A DNA stretch of 64,000 nt, taken from a virus. Taxonomy: Duplodnaviria > Caudoviricetes. A program made the translations under genes and the position numbers. How positions within the stretch are numbered: position 1 is the first letter of the stretch; every line of letters starts with the position of its first letter. Positions 54,401 to 63,621 of this stretch are shown piece by piece. The notes under the pieces are model-generated. The model did no database searches. It was not told the DNA's origin and saw only the letters and a program-made list of their open reading frames with translations. The stretch covers positions 1 to 64,000 of IMG/VR virus record IMGVR_UViG_3300028797_000101, one strand, 5' to 3'.

Positions 54401-55777
54401 GGCGTACCTTTGGAGGATCCTCCGTCAGCCACTTTTCAAATATTAAAGAAAGGAGAATAACATGGCTACATATTGTGTACAGAGTAATGTAATCAGAGGA
54501 TTGAGCAAAGAACAGTATGACGTACTTCGAGAAATGTGCAGATATTCTAATAATCTATACAATGTTGCACTTTATAACATTCGTCAACATTATTTCAACA
54601 CAAAGCAATTTTTAAACTACGAAGGCAACTATCACGAATGTAAGACGAATGAAAATTATAAGCTTTTGCAGGCAGGAATATCACAGCAGATAATGAAAGT
54701 TGTAGACAGAAGTTTCAAATCTTTCTTCAATCTGATTAAGAAATGTAAACTTGGAGATTACAGATATCACGATGTCAATATTCCACATTATAGACCTAAA
54801 GGCGGAATGTTTAATCTGATAATGTCTACAAATGCTCTTGTAGTGAAAAATGGATATCTATATGTTCCAATGAGTAGGAATTTCAGAACTTTGCACCCAG
54901 GTATGAAAGAAATCAAGATTGCATTTCCGGAAAGATTGACAGACAAGATTATTAAAGAAGTTCGCATCTTACCTTTTAACAATGGTCGTTACTTCAAGAT
55001 ACAATATGTATATGAAGTTGAACAAGAAGATGCCTACGTTGACAAGAATAATATTCTGTCAATAGATCTAGGTGTGGACAATCATGCTACTTGTGTTTCA
55101 ACTGTTGGGACACCGTTCATTATGGAAGGTCGTAAACTCAAATCAATCAACCATCAGTGGAACAAAGAATTAGCAAGACTTCGTTCTATTTCTATGAAAC
55201 AGAAATTAAAGACCACAAATCGGATACAGAATATCACAACAAAGCGAAACAATCGAGTCAATGATATTATCAAGAAGTCAGCAAGATACATAATCAACTA
55301 CTGTATCAAAAACAGTATTGGTACGCTCATTGTAGGCTACAGTGTTGATTTCAAAAGATATTCTAACATCGGTAAAGTTAACAATCAGAACTTTGTCCAG
55401 ATACCTTTAGGTGATCTTCGGCAACAACTTGAATTCCTTTGTTGGAAGTATCATATAGATTACATTAAACAAGAAGAAAGTTACACTTCTAAAAGCAGCT
55501 TTCTAGATAAAGATGTGCTTCCGGAGTACAAAGCAGAACAGCCGTATGAAGGTACATTCAGTGGTAAGCGCATAAAAAGAGGACTATACCAATCAAAGAA
55601 CGGTACAATCCTTAATGCTGATGTAAACGGGGCAGCTAATATCTTAAGAAAATGTAAGCAGAATGTCGATTTCGATAGACTGTGTAAAGGGCTTTTGGCG
55701 AGTCCAGTAAGAATAAGGATATCTTAAGTATCAAACTTCTTATGAATCCTATCAGCTTTAGCCGATGGGTACGTCAA
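54401..55777 (+). mobile_element. TnpB-only IS200/IS605-family (IS1341-like) element
   Basis: Follows TTAT; left hairpin GGAG-GATC-CTCC; right end GAATCC...GCTTTAGC...GGG.ACGTCAA; removal restores ATG GAA ATG ACT in frame with 55782. Confidence 0.8.
54462..55727 (+). CDS. tnpB: RNA-guided endonuclease TnpB
   Basis: NLYN, SIDLGVDN (RuvC-I), QEESYTSK, RGLY, NADVNGA.NI (RuvC-III). Confidence 0.92.
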   Translation: MATYCVQSNVIRGLSKEQYDVLREMCRYSNNLYNVALYNIRQHYFNTKQFLNYEGNYHECKTNENYKLLQAGISQQIMKVVDRSFKSFFNLIKKCKLGDYRYHDVNIPHYRPKGGMFNLIMSTNALVVKNGYLYVPMSRNFRTLHPGMKEIKIAFPERLTDKIIKEVRILPFNNGRYFKIQYVYEVEQEDAYVDKNNILSIDLGVDNHATCVSTVGTPFIMEGRKLKSINHQWNKELARLRSISMKQKLKTTNRIQNITTKRNNRVNDIIKKSARYIINYCIKNSIGTLIVGYSVDFKRYSNIGKVNNQNFVQIPLGDLRQQLEFLCWKYHIDYIKQEESYTSKSSFLDKDVLPEYKAEQPYEGTFSGKRIKRGLYQSKNGTILNADVNGAANILRKCKQNVDFDRLCKGLLASPVRIRIS

Positions 55778-55781
55778 GGAA

Positions 55782-55991
55782 ATGACTGTAAAAGAAGCGA
55801 AGAGACATGTTGAAGCTTTGCAGGAGTTGAGAAAAGACCTTGATACACTCCATGATCATATTCTTAAGATTCAGGAGGAGCTGCCTGAAACCTTTGTGTG
55901 CGATGGGTCTATCATTGACGCTATCGCATATCTCAAAGATTATGAGATCATCTTAACAAATGCTATTGACAACGCTAAGATTCCGCTGTAG
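55782..55991 (+). CDS. Small helical protein whose original start was interrupted by the IS
   Basis: In frame with the reconstructed ATG GAA; its SD (GGAGGT) lies left of the IS. Confidence 0.6.
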   Translation: MTVKEAKRHVEALQELRKDLDTLHDHILKIQEELPETFVCDGSIIDAIAYLKDYEIILTNAIDNAKIPL

Positions 55992-55999
55992 GTGATGTT

Positions 56000-56179
56000 A
56001 TGAAGAAGATGAAGCATGCTACAGAGATCAAGAAGTACTACAGATATTGTGGTTATACTGATGGAAGCGGAAAGCCTAGTGGCTACATGATCAAATATTA
56101 CACTCAAGCAGAATATGAATACTGGACGAAGCGATGCAAGCATGTTCTGATTGAGATGGGTCAAAACAGAGAGCAATGA
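56000..56179 (+). CDS. Small hypothetical protein (59 aa, not in ORF track)
   Basis: SD AGGTGA; MKKMKHATEIKKYYRYCG... Confidence 0.45.
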   Translation: MKKMKHATEIKKYYRYCGYTDGSGKPSGYMIKYYTQAEYEYWTKRCKHVLIEMGQNREQ

Positions 56180-56259
56180 AGATGTCGACAGTAGAGGTCT
56201 ATTAGATGAGCAAGCCGATTGAGAGTTATGTATGTATTTCGACTAGAGGAGTGAGTAGC

Positions 56260-56673
56260 ATGAAAAGTCTTTCAGAGATACTGCAGGATATTGCACCTTA
56301 TGTTATTGTCACCGGTTCATATGCATTTGGAACACAGAAAGCTACTTCTGACATTGATTTCTATGTTAAGGCAAGATCTGATGAAGATCGAGAAAAGGAA
56401 TGTGAAGAAACGGGCATAGACTGGAGCGATACAGAAGAGACCTACGTTCCAACATTGATCAGATATTTTGAATCGCTTGGATACGAATGGTCAAGTTGTT
56501 TCATTGAATCTTTTGCAATAGACGAAACAGACATACCGCTAGAGTTTTCATCATTTTACAGCATAGACAATCAGCTGTTTGATATTGAAATTTGCGGAGT
56601 TAAGTTAACAGCTTCTAGAAGCAATTACACTGGCGGAAAGTACATCAACGGTCAGAAACTCAAAAATAGGTAG
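56260..56673 (+). CDS. Pol-beta-superfamily minimal nucleotidyltransferase
   Basis: TGSYAFGTQKATSDIDF motif. Confidence 0.75.
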   Translation: MKSLSEILQDIAPYVIVTGSYAFGTQKATSDIDFYVKARSDEDREKECEETGIDWSDTEETYVPTLIRYFESLGYEWSSCFIESFAIDETDIPLEFSSFYSIDNQLFDIEICGVKLTASRSNYTGGKYINGQKLKNR

Positions 56674-56735
56674 TCAGTGAATCTATCATCTAACCTTCTA
56701 TCATGTTATCAAATATCAAAGAGGAGGATTTTACC

Positions 56736-56831
56736 ATGGAAGAAAAGACAGATGTTGAAATTCCCGAAGTTGAAGTTGAAATTCCTGCAGAGATGCTTGA
56801 GGAATTTGAAAATGCGAAAGGAGACGATTGA
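56736..56831 (+). CDS. Acidic 31-aa peptide upstream of the endolysin
   Basis: SD GAGGAGG; MEEKTDVEIPEVEVEIPAEMLEEFENAKGDD*. Confidence 0.6.
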   Translation: MEEKTDVEIPEVEVEIPAEMLEEFENAKGDD

Positions 56832-56833
56832 TA

Positions 56834-58378
56834 ATGGGTTACACTAATAGTCCCTTAGTGTCGTATGTAGCTCTCAGCCCGAATCATTCAGGTCAGAGAG
56901 TTCACGTTATCGACAGAATTACTCCACACTGCGTAGTAGGTCAAGCTACTGTGGAGAGACTTGGTCAGATATTTGCGCCCACTTCTAGAAAGGCAAGCTG
57001 TCAATATGGTATCGGTGTAGATGGGCGTGTAGGAATGTACGTAGAAGAAAAGAACAGATCTTGGTGCACTTCGTCTAACGCAAATGATCAGAGAGCTGTT
57101 ACAATTGAATGCGCATCGGACAATACTCATCCATACGCAATGAATGCATCGGTGTACACTACACTTGTTAACTTATGTGTAGATATCTGTAGCAGAAACG
57201 GGAAGAATCAGCTGTTGTGGATAAGCGATAAGAACAAGGCTCTGGCGTATGAGCCTAAGTCGAATGAGATGCTCCTTACTGCTCACAGATGGTTTGCTGC
57301 AAAAGCATGTCCCGGCGATTGGTTGTATTCTAGACTCGGAGATCTAGCTACAGCTGTAACCGCAAGGCTTGCAGGCAAATCAACAGACGATCAGGAATCC
57401 GGAACAATCGGAAATGTTCTCTATCGTGTGCAAGTAGGCGCATTTACATTTCAAGCGAATGCCGAACTCTTAAGAGAAACTCTCAGAGAAAAAGGATATG
57501 AGGCCATTGTTTCTAAGAACGGTGAATACTATCGTGTGCAAGTAGGCGCATTTAGAAACAAGCAGAATGCAACGGCTCTTGCAAACAAGTTAAGATTCGA
57601 TGGATATTCTCCATTCCTTGCAACTACAGGCGGCGTGAATGTCGGTAAAGATGCACTTCCGGCGGTTACCGGTACACCTACCACTGGATCTGATTCAGAT
57701 AATCAAGTGATCTGGAATTCGCTTATGGACTTCATAGGCAATGAATATGGTGTAGCAGGACTAATGGGCAACCTGTATGCAGAATCTAGCTTGAGATCTG
57801 ACAACCTTCAGAATTCTTATGAAGCTAAACTCGGATTCAACGATACAACGTATACACAGGCAGTAGATAGCGGTAACTACACTAACTTCGTTCATGACTC
57901 TGCTGGATACGGTTTAGCTCAGTGGACGTTCTGGAGCAGAAAAGAAAAGTATCTTGCATATGCGCAGAAGATGAAGAAGTCTATCGGAGATGGGCAGACA
58001 GCACTTGAATATCTGAAGATTGAGTTGTCTGAAAGCTATCCTTCTGTTGTTAGTACTCTGAAAGCTGCAACATCTGTTCAAGAAGCTTCTGATGTAGTGC
58101 TCGTTCAGTTTGAACGACCTGCTAATCAGAGCCAGAAGAATAAAGATCTCAGAGCTTCATATGGTCAAACATTCTATAACAGATATGCAACTCCTGAGGA
58201 GCCAAAAGAATCTGCTGCACCTGTATCCTCTGATAAGATTTACATTGTTAAGACTGGCGATACTTTGTCTAGAATCGCTAGCATGTATCATACAACCTAC
58301 GCAAAGTTAGCAGAGTATAACAATCTGCAAAATCCTAACAAGATCAGAGCTGGTCAGAAGATCAAAATTCCATCTTAA
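56834..58378 (+). CDS. Multidomain endolysin: Amidase_2 + 2x SPOR + phage lysozyme + LysM
   Basis: PHC...HRWFAAKACPG; YRVQVGAF twice; GNLYAES...GLAQWT...FERP; YIVKTGDTLS.IA...GQKIKIP. Confidence 0.88.
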   Translation: MGYTNSPLVSYVALSPNHSGQRVHVIDRITPHCVVGQATVERLGQIFAPTSRKASCQYGIGVDGRVGMYVEEKNRSWCTSSNANDQRAVTIECASDNTHPYAMNASVYTTLVNLCVDICSRNGKNQLLWISDKNKALAYEPKSNEMLLTAHRWFAAKACPGDWLYSRLGDLATAVTARLAGKSTDDQESGTIGNVLYRVQVGAFTFQANAELLRETLREKGYEAIVSKNGEYYRVQVGAFRNKQNATALANKLRFDGYSPFLATTGGVNVGKDALPAVTGTPTTGSDSDNQVIWNSLMDFIGNEYGVAGLMGNLYAESSLRSDNLQNSYEAKLGFNDTTYTQAVDSGNYTNFVHDSAGYGLAQWTFWSRKEKYLAYAQKMKKSIGDGQTALEYLKIELSESYPSVVSTLKAATSVQEASDVVLVQFERPANQSQKNKDLRASYGQTFYNRYATPEEPKESAAPVSSDKIYIVKTGDTLSRIASMYHTTYAKLAEYNNLQNPNKIRAGQKIKIPS

Positions 58379-58395
58379 ATTCATGAGGGCCCGGT

Positions 58396-58444
58396 ATATC
58401 CACGAAACTGCTGAGTTATTCACGGCGTTTCGTGGATATCTTTG
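58396..58444 (+). terminator. Hairpin/terminator
   Basis: ATATCCACGAAAC...GTTTCGTGGATAT 13-bp stem. Confidence 0.65.
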
Positions 58445-58498
58445 TAAATCGTTAACTATAGTGTAACAACAATTTCTCTTTGTAAAGGATGAGTAACC

Positions 58499-60313
58499 AT
58501 GATTCATGTAGTTCAAAATGATAAGATATATGAAATAACTTTTCCATATGATCCTACTGTGATTGATCTTATCAAGCAAGTTCCGGGAAGATCTTGGGTT
58601 CCAGAATCTAAGAAATGGACTATTCCTAAGGATAAACTTGGATTTCTTATCAATCAGTTTAGAGGGACTGCTTATGAATCATCTCTTAACATAATATCTG
58701 ATGAAGCTATCAATGTGAACGCAACAGTTGATAAAACTACACAGATTCCAGACATAGATATCTCAGATGTTGATTTCAAGGTGAAAGATGGGGCAGCTCC
58801 GTACAAGCATCAGCTTGATTTCATGAAATTTGCAAAGTATCGGCAAGATCTAGGTAACTACAATGGCTTCTTGATTGCAGATGAGATGGGAGCAGGTAAA
58901 ACACTAGAGCTCGCAAATCTAGCGATATATAACAGAAAGCGATATGGCTATAAACATTGTTTAGTTATCTGCTGTGTAAACAGCTCTAAATATAACTGGA
59001 AGAATGATATTGAATCACACTTGAAAGAGCCTGCATACATCTTAGGCACTCGATACAAGAGAAACGGTGATATTAGATTTGATACAGGAAGCAAAGAGAA
59101 GATTGAAGATTTGAGTCATAAGGGTGTTTACAATCCAAAGACTAAAACAGCTTCACCCTTCCCGTATTTTATCATAATGAATATTGAAGGCTTCCGATAC
59201 AGAGAAGGAAAGAGATTTCCTATTGCGGAGCTCATTCAGAGATACATTGACCTGGGTGAGATTTCTATGATCGCTATAGACGAAGTGCATAAGAATATGT
59301 CAATGAGTTCTCTTCAAGGAAAAGCGATTCAAGACATTCAGGCCAAGTCCACTAAGCATGCAATGTGGCTTCCAATGACCGGAACGCCTATCGTGAACAA
59401 ACCTACAGATTTGTATCTTCCACTGAAACTGATCGGTGGGCACACATTCAAAAACTTTTACTCCTGGTGTTTAAGATACTGTGTATATGGAGGATACGGA
59501 GACAAAGAAATCATTGGATATAAGAACATATCCGAATTGAAAAATCTTCTTCAGCCTAACATGATTCGTAGATTGAAAGCAGATATACTAGATCTTCCTC
59601 CTAAGATTCAGTATACTGAATATGTAGAGAATACACCGTATCAATCTAGGCTATACGATAAGATATCTCAGGAGATGATAAGCAAGAAGGCAGAGATACT
59701 ATCATCGCTCAACCCAACAGTTGCGTTCATGCGGCTTCGTCAGGTGAATGGGTCTCCTGAACTCCTGGACAACACATTGAGCACAGCGTCAGATGATTAC
59801 ATAAAACACAATGCTAAACTGAAAAGGCTCCTTGAGCTTCTTGAAGATGCTAATGATCGTGGTGAAAAGACAATAGTTTTCTCAAACTGGGTAGAGCCTT
59901 TGCGAACCTTATATAAGTTCGTATCAGCTCGCTACAAAACTTGTTGTTTTACAGGTACAATGAAATCTGATGAAAGAGAGCGTCACAAACAAGTCTTTCA
60001 AACCAATCCAGAATACAAAGTGCTTTTAGGTACTGTTGGGGCAGCCGGAACAACTCATACATTCACAGCTGCAACAAATGTTATATTCTACGATGAGCCT
60101 TGGACACCTGCTGATAAAGTTCAAGCAGAAGATCGAGCTCATAGAATTGGCACAAAGTCCTCTGTTAACATCTTCACGCTCATTTCCAAAGATACAGTAG
60201 ATGATAAAGTCCACGATATACTTTATCAGAAGTCTAGTACCTCTCAGTTTATCGTAGACAACAAGATAGATCTGAGGAACAATCCAGAATTATTTGATAT
60301 GATGTTATCATAG
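58499..60313 (+). CDS. SNF2-family helicase with HARP-like N-terminus
   Basis: ADEMGAGKT, DEVH, TGTP, RRLK, QAEDRAHRIG. Confidence 0.92.
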   Translation: MIHVVQNDKIYEITFPYDPTVIDLIKQVPGRSWVPESKKWTIPKDKLGFLINQFRGTAYESSLNIISDEAINVNATVDKTTQIPDIDISDVDFKVKDGAAPYKHQLDFMKFAKYRQDLGNYNGFLIADEMGAGKTLELANLAIYNRKRYGYKHCLVICCVNSSKYNWKNDIESHLKEPAYILGTRYKRNGDIRFDTGSKEKIEDLSHKGVYNPKTKTASPFPYFIIMNIEGFRYREGKRFPIAELIQRYIDLGEISMIAIDEVHKNMSMSSLQGKAIQDIQAKSTKHAMWLPMTGTPIVNKPTDLYLPLKLIGGHTFKNFYSWCLRYCVYGGYGDKEIIGYKNISELKNLLQPNMIRRLKADILDLPPKIQYTEYVENTPYQSRLYDKISQEMISKKAEILSSLNPTVAFMRLRQVNGSPELLDNTLSTASDDYIKHNAKLKRLLELLEDANDRGEKTIVFSNWVEPLRTLYKFVSARYKTCCFTGTMKSDERERHKQVFQTNPEYKVLLGTVGAAGTTHTFTAATNVIFYDEPWTPADKVQAEDRAHRIGTKSSVNIFTLISKDTVDDKVHDILYQKSSTSQFIVDNKIDLRNNPELFDMMLS

Positions 60314-60332
60314 AAAGGAGAAACAAGGTTTC

Positions 60333-61124
60333 ATGAAAATCATTTCCAGTAGACTAGATGATGTTCGCATGGAGAAGGAGAACTACGAACGCGACTATGC
60401 AGAACAGAAGGCTAGATATGATGAACAAAACGCTGCTTACACACGAGCAACTAGAGCGGTGCTTGACAACATTGAATCTGCACTTCTTCAGCAGATAAAC
60501 GCAAGAACTTCTCAGAATGTTAAGGTGAAAGCAGAACGAGACTTTTCTTACAGATATCCTCAAGAGTCCTTTGTACAGGTTAAAGTATATGCAGAAAATC
60601 CTGGATGGCCGTTAAGATGGTCATGGTATGCAAATATCAATCAAGAAACTGGCGAGGTGGAGAAATCTTCCAACAGCTATTCAGGTATCGAAGCTACAAC
60701 TCCTGAAGACATCAACATGCTCAAAGAGTCTTTAGACGTAATGGACTACTTAGTAAATCAAGTAGATTGGAACACATTACTTCATGTGCAGCTTCCTAAA
60801 GGTTCTGATTATTTTACAATGAAGCAGCCTGAGCGTAGAAATTTTGCTCAAGCTGAGGCAGACGCGCTGATTGCCGATTGCGTAGGTCAGCCGATCCTTG
60901 TCAAATGTACTGTAACTAGCGATAATTACAGAGTCAAAAAATGGGTTAGGTTCTTATCACAAACTGCTGCTTTCTACAATGTAATAACTATCAGCTCTTC
61001 TTATTCTGCGGAAGAGCTGGAAAACGATTTCAAAGAACTGACTGAAGTCAAATATCCTCAAAGAATAAGCAAGGCTAAAATCTTCCCTGTTACACCTTTT
61101 GAAACAATAGAGATTTTAGAGTAA
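60333..61124 (+). CDS. Hypothetical protein with short tag variant (MKIISS)
   Basis: SD AAGGAG. Confidence 0.65.
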   Translation: MKIISSRLDDVRMEKENYERDYAEQKARYDEQNAAYTRATRAVLDNIESALLQQINARTSQNVKVKAERDFSYRYPQESFVQVKVYAENPGWPLRWSWYANINQETGEVEKSSNSYSGIEATTPEDINMLKESLDVMDYLVNQVDWNTLLHVQLPKGSDYFTMKQPERRNFAQAEADALIADCVGQPILVKCTVTSDNYRVKKWVRFLSQTAAFYNVITISSSYSAEELENDFKELTEVKYPQRISKAKIFPVTPFETIEILE

Positions 61125-61163
61125 GCGCATATTCAATCATTCACAAAAGGAGGAACATAATCA

Positions 61164-61400
61164 ATGTTAGCATACATTAAATCTGCTCAAGACCCTAATG
61201 CAGATCCATTAGGTGATATCATGGACACAGTCGAAGATGATTTCGATTTCATCATGTCAGGATTAGATAAGCTGGGTCGAGAGAAGTCGACACAAGGTCA
61301 AGCTCTGACAATTGCATCTAACATGGCAGATGGGTTCCAGAGCATAATCAAAGACATAGCGAGTGCGCTGAAAGGAGAAAGAGTAAATGAGACCGAATAG
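61164..61400 (+). CDS. Tagged small protein (MLAYIKSA)
   Basis: SD AGGAGG, tag variant. Confidence 0.7.
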   Translation: MLAYIKSAQDPNADPLGDIMDTVEDDFDFIMSGLDKLGREKSTQGQALTIASNMADGFQSIIKDIASALKGERVNETE

Positions 61401-62034
61401 ATGCTCTTCAGAAGAATTCATGCAGATATTAGAGGATCGTATCTCTAATCTGGAACAAGACGATTACGTAGCTAGCTCTCAAGCTATTCAAGCCGATGAG
61501 GAGATTGATGAGGAGACATTGGATGCCATTTGGGACATTGCAAACAGATATGTCACATCTTATCCTGTTTCGGGTGATTGGGAGACTGAGACACCACATG
61601 CGATGCACGCCATCATGGATGAGCTTGGCGTAGACGAAGCTACAGCTCAGAGGTACATGATCGAAGGACTTGGATATTCACCTGAAGAATTTGAGTCTAT
61701 GAACAAACAAGCTAAAGTAGAGAAAGAAGTTTTAGATGTGCTTGCGAAGCATGGTTATGATATCAGCACAGAAGCTGCTCGGTATCTTGCAAATGCTGCA
61801 ACAATGTATATCCTCGAGTGGCCTGAGGGCGAGTACGATGCAGAAACATGGTTCAACGATACAAAGACGAACTATCCAGAAGAGCTCGAATACCTCAAAT
61901 ACCCCGAAGAAATCGAAAGTGCTTGCAATACAACTGGAATGCCTGCAGCTGTAACTCAGTTAGATGACGTAGACAAGATCGAGGGCTGCGGAATCAACTG
62001 CTCCACGAACATTGACGGACTTATCACCGTCTAA
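61387..62034 (+). CDS. Acidic protein with multiple [IV]x[AS] sites
   Basis: YVASS, IQAD, IESA. Confidence 0.6.
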   Translation: MRPNRCSSEEFMQILEDRISNLEQDDYVASSQAIQADEEIDEETLDAIWDIANRYVTSYPVSGDWETETPHAMHAIMDELGVDEATAQRYMIEGLGYSPEEFESMNKQAKVEKEVLDVLAKHGYDISTEAARYLANAATMYILEWPEGEYDAETWFNDTKTNYPEELEYLKYPEEIESACNTTGMPAAVTQLDDVDKIEGCGINCSTNIDGLITV

Positions 62035-62045
62035 TTCAACAAGCT

Positions 62046-62549
62046 ATGAATGATACATTAGGAAAAGACGCCGAAGATAAAATTACAGAATGGCTAGACA
62101 AGCCGGAAGAAGGATATTCATTTGATCGCATATACGATCAGATGACAGGCTTCTGGGGATCTTCTAACATATGTGATTTCATTTGTTTCAAATCACCTTA
62201 CTTGTATTACATCGAAAGTAAGGCAACTTGGGAAGATAGATTCGACTTCTCAATGCTTTCTAAAAAACAGCATGATGATCTACAGGACAAAGCGAAAATA
62301 CCTTATGTTAGAGGCCTAGTTATTGTTCTATTCGCAACGTACCAAAGAGCATTTATCTTTGATATACGTGATATCATATACATAGAGGAAGAACTACATA
62401 AGAAATCCATCAACATCAAGAAGATAGATTCTTACAACATTCCCTACGCAGAGATAGAAACCATTCCGAATAAACGAAAACGTCTATTGGATTACACAGG
62501 TTCTCTCGAAACGTACTGTTCTAAATTGCGAGAAACTAGCACCTTTTAA
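62046..62549 (+). CDS. recU: Holliday junction resolvase, RecU-like
   Basis: GK..E, RIYD, CDF, IESK, Q...L PD-(D/E)XK motifs. Confidence 0.7.
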   Translation: MNDTLGKDAEDKITEWLDKPEEGYSFDRIYDQMTGFWGSSNICDFICFKSPYLYYIESKATWEDRFDFSMLSKKQHDDLQDKAKIPYVRGLVIVLFATYQRAFIFDIRDIIYIEEELHKKSINIKKIDSYNIPYAEIETIPNKRKRLLDYTGSLETYCSKLRETSTF

Positions 62550-62593
62550 CTTTGCTTGTTTCAAGTTCATTTGTAGTCTCCTTATTCAACATG

Positions 62594-62642
62594 GCGCGAA
62601 CCCTAGGCATGAGTCCTGCCAGCTTATGTCTAGGGTTCGTGC
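62594..62642 (+). terminator. Long hairpin
   Basis: GCGCGAACCCTAGGCATGAG...CTTATGTCTAGGGTTCGTGC ~20-bp stem with GU pairs; no strong T-tract. Confidence 0.5.
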
Positions 62643-62694
62643 TATGTACGATTCGTTATGTAAGTTACAAATAATTCATAAAGGAGTGTTACAT

Positions 62695-63564
62695 ATGGCA
62701 AGTGTATTGTTAGCAAACTATCCGAAGTACTCAACTTTCACCTACTGGTTCGTGAGAACTAATACATTCAGTGTGTATGATGTGTACCGCAAGGACACAA
62801 AAGAAAAGATGGGAAGGATCATAGACCTGCCTAGTGAATTTAAGATTCATGAAGACAAGCCCATTCTTCCAGAGATTTGCAAAGCTGATTTTGCAATGTT
62901 TCATGAACGTCCTGAATTCATCAGATTCCAAGGAATTTATGATCAGGACACTTATGAACGCACCTTACTCGGCGTGTTCTTGATTCATCTCTTCCGGACT
63001 ATCGAACCAGGTAAGGACTTAGATGCAGAAGAAAATCTCAACAGAATAAATGCTTGTTTAGAGTGGTTGAAATCTACAGATTTCTACACCTGTCCTGCAA
63101 GCTCTCGATATCATGAATGCTATGATGGGGGCCTACTTGCGCATACATTAAAAGTAGCAAAGCTCTCCTCAGAACTATGCGGGCTAAAGGTATTCAAGAC
63201 TGTAAACTGGGAGGAAGCTATATTTGTTGCACTTGTCCATGATTGGTGCAAGATCGGCTACTATGAAAGTTATGAGAAAAACGTGAAGAATGCTTCCGGT
63301 AACTGGGTGAAAGAGAAAGCATACAAGACACGGGACACTTCTTTAACGTGCTTCGGTCATGGAGTATCTTCTATGTTCTTGGCCCAGAGATTCTTCAACC
63401 TTTCTGTACCTGTTGCGCTTGCTATTAGATGGCATATGGCTGCTTGGAGAGTAGTTGATTCTGAGATGAATGAGTTACAGCAGGCTAACGAAACTACGCC
63501 GCTTGTTCACCTTATTCAATTTGCTGATCAGCTGTCCATCACTAAGTATCCTTTAATATCTTGA
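62695..63564 (+). CDS. HD-domain phosphohydrolase (YhaM-like HD)
   Basis: PASSRYH....GGLLAH, HDWCK, GHG, AIRWHM, ADQ. Confidence 0.85.
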   Translation: MASVLLANYPKYSTFTYWFVRTNTFSVYDVYRKDTKEKMGRIIDLPSEFKIHEDKPILPEICKADFAMFHERPEFIRFQGIYDQDTYERTLLGVFLIHLFRTIEPGKDLDAEENLNRINACLEWLKSTDFYTCPASSRYHECYDGGLLAHTLKVAKLSSELCGLKVFKTVNWEEAIFVALVHDWCKIGYYESYEKNVKNASGNWVKEKAYKTRDTSLTCFGHGVSSMFLAQRFFNLSVPVALAIRWHMAAWRVVDSEMNELQQANETTPLVHLIQFADQLSITKYPLIS

Positions 63565-63621
63565 ACCTTGTATACTTGTTGAAATGATTCTTTTACATTT
63601 ATCATTATGGAGGTTAGAGTG

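Larger units (their letters stand above)
1884..62660 (+). promoter_or_regulatory. Recurrent putative middle promoter TCGTTA(T)
   Basis: Copies at 1884, 2488, 8436, 11769, 12217, 14486, 17434, 19140, 20903, 51256, 53627, 54162, 58449, 62653; mostly upstream of non-structural genes. Confidence 0.65.
3346..63574 (+). promoter_or_regulatory. Recurrent putative late promoter [AC]ACCTTnTATA
   Basis: Copies at 3346, 8997, 11794, 16754 (AATCTT), 19185, 24086, 28621, 42676, 45314, 47394, 47817, 48122, 56692, 63564; almost all intergenic and upstream of virion/lysis genes. Confidence 0.7.

Noticed and set aside
57422-57555. Exact ~25-bp direct repeat TATCGTGTGCAAGTAGGCGCATTTA
   Set aside because: Explained by the tandem SPOR repeats (YRVQVGAF)
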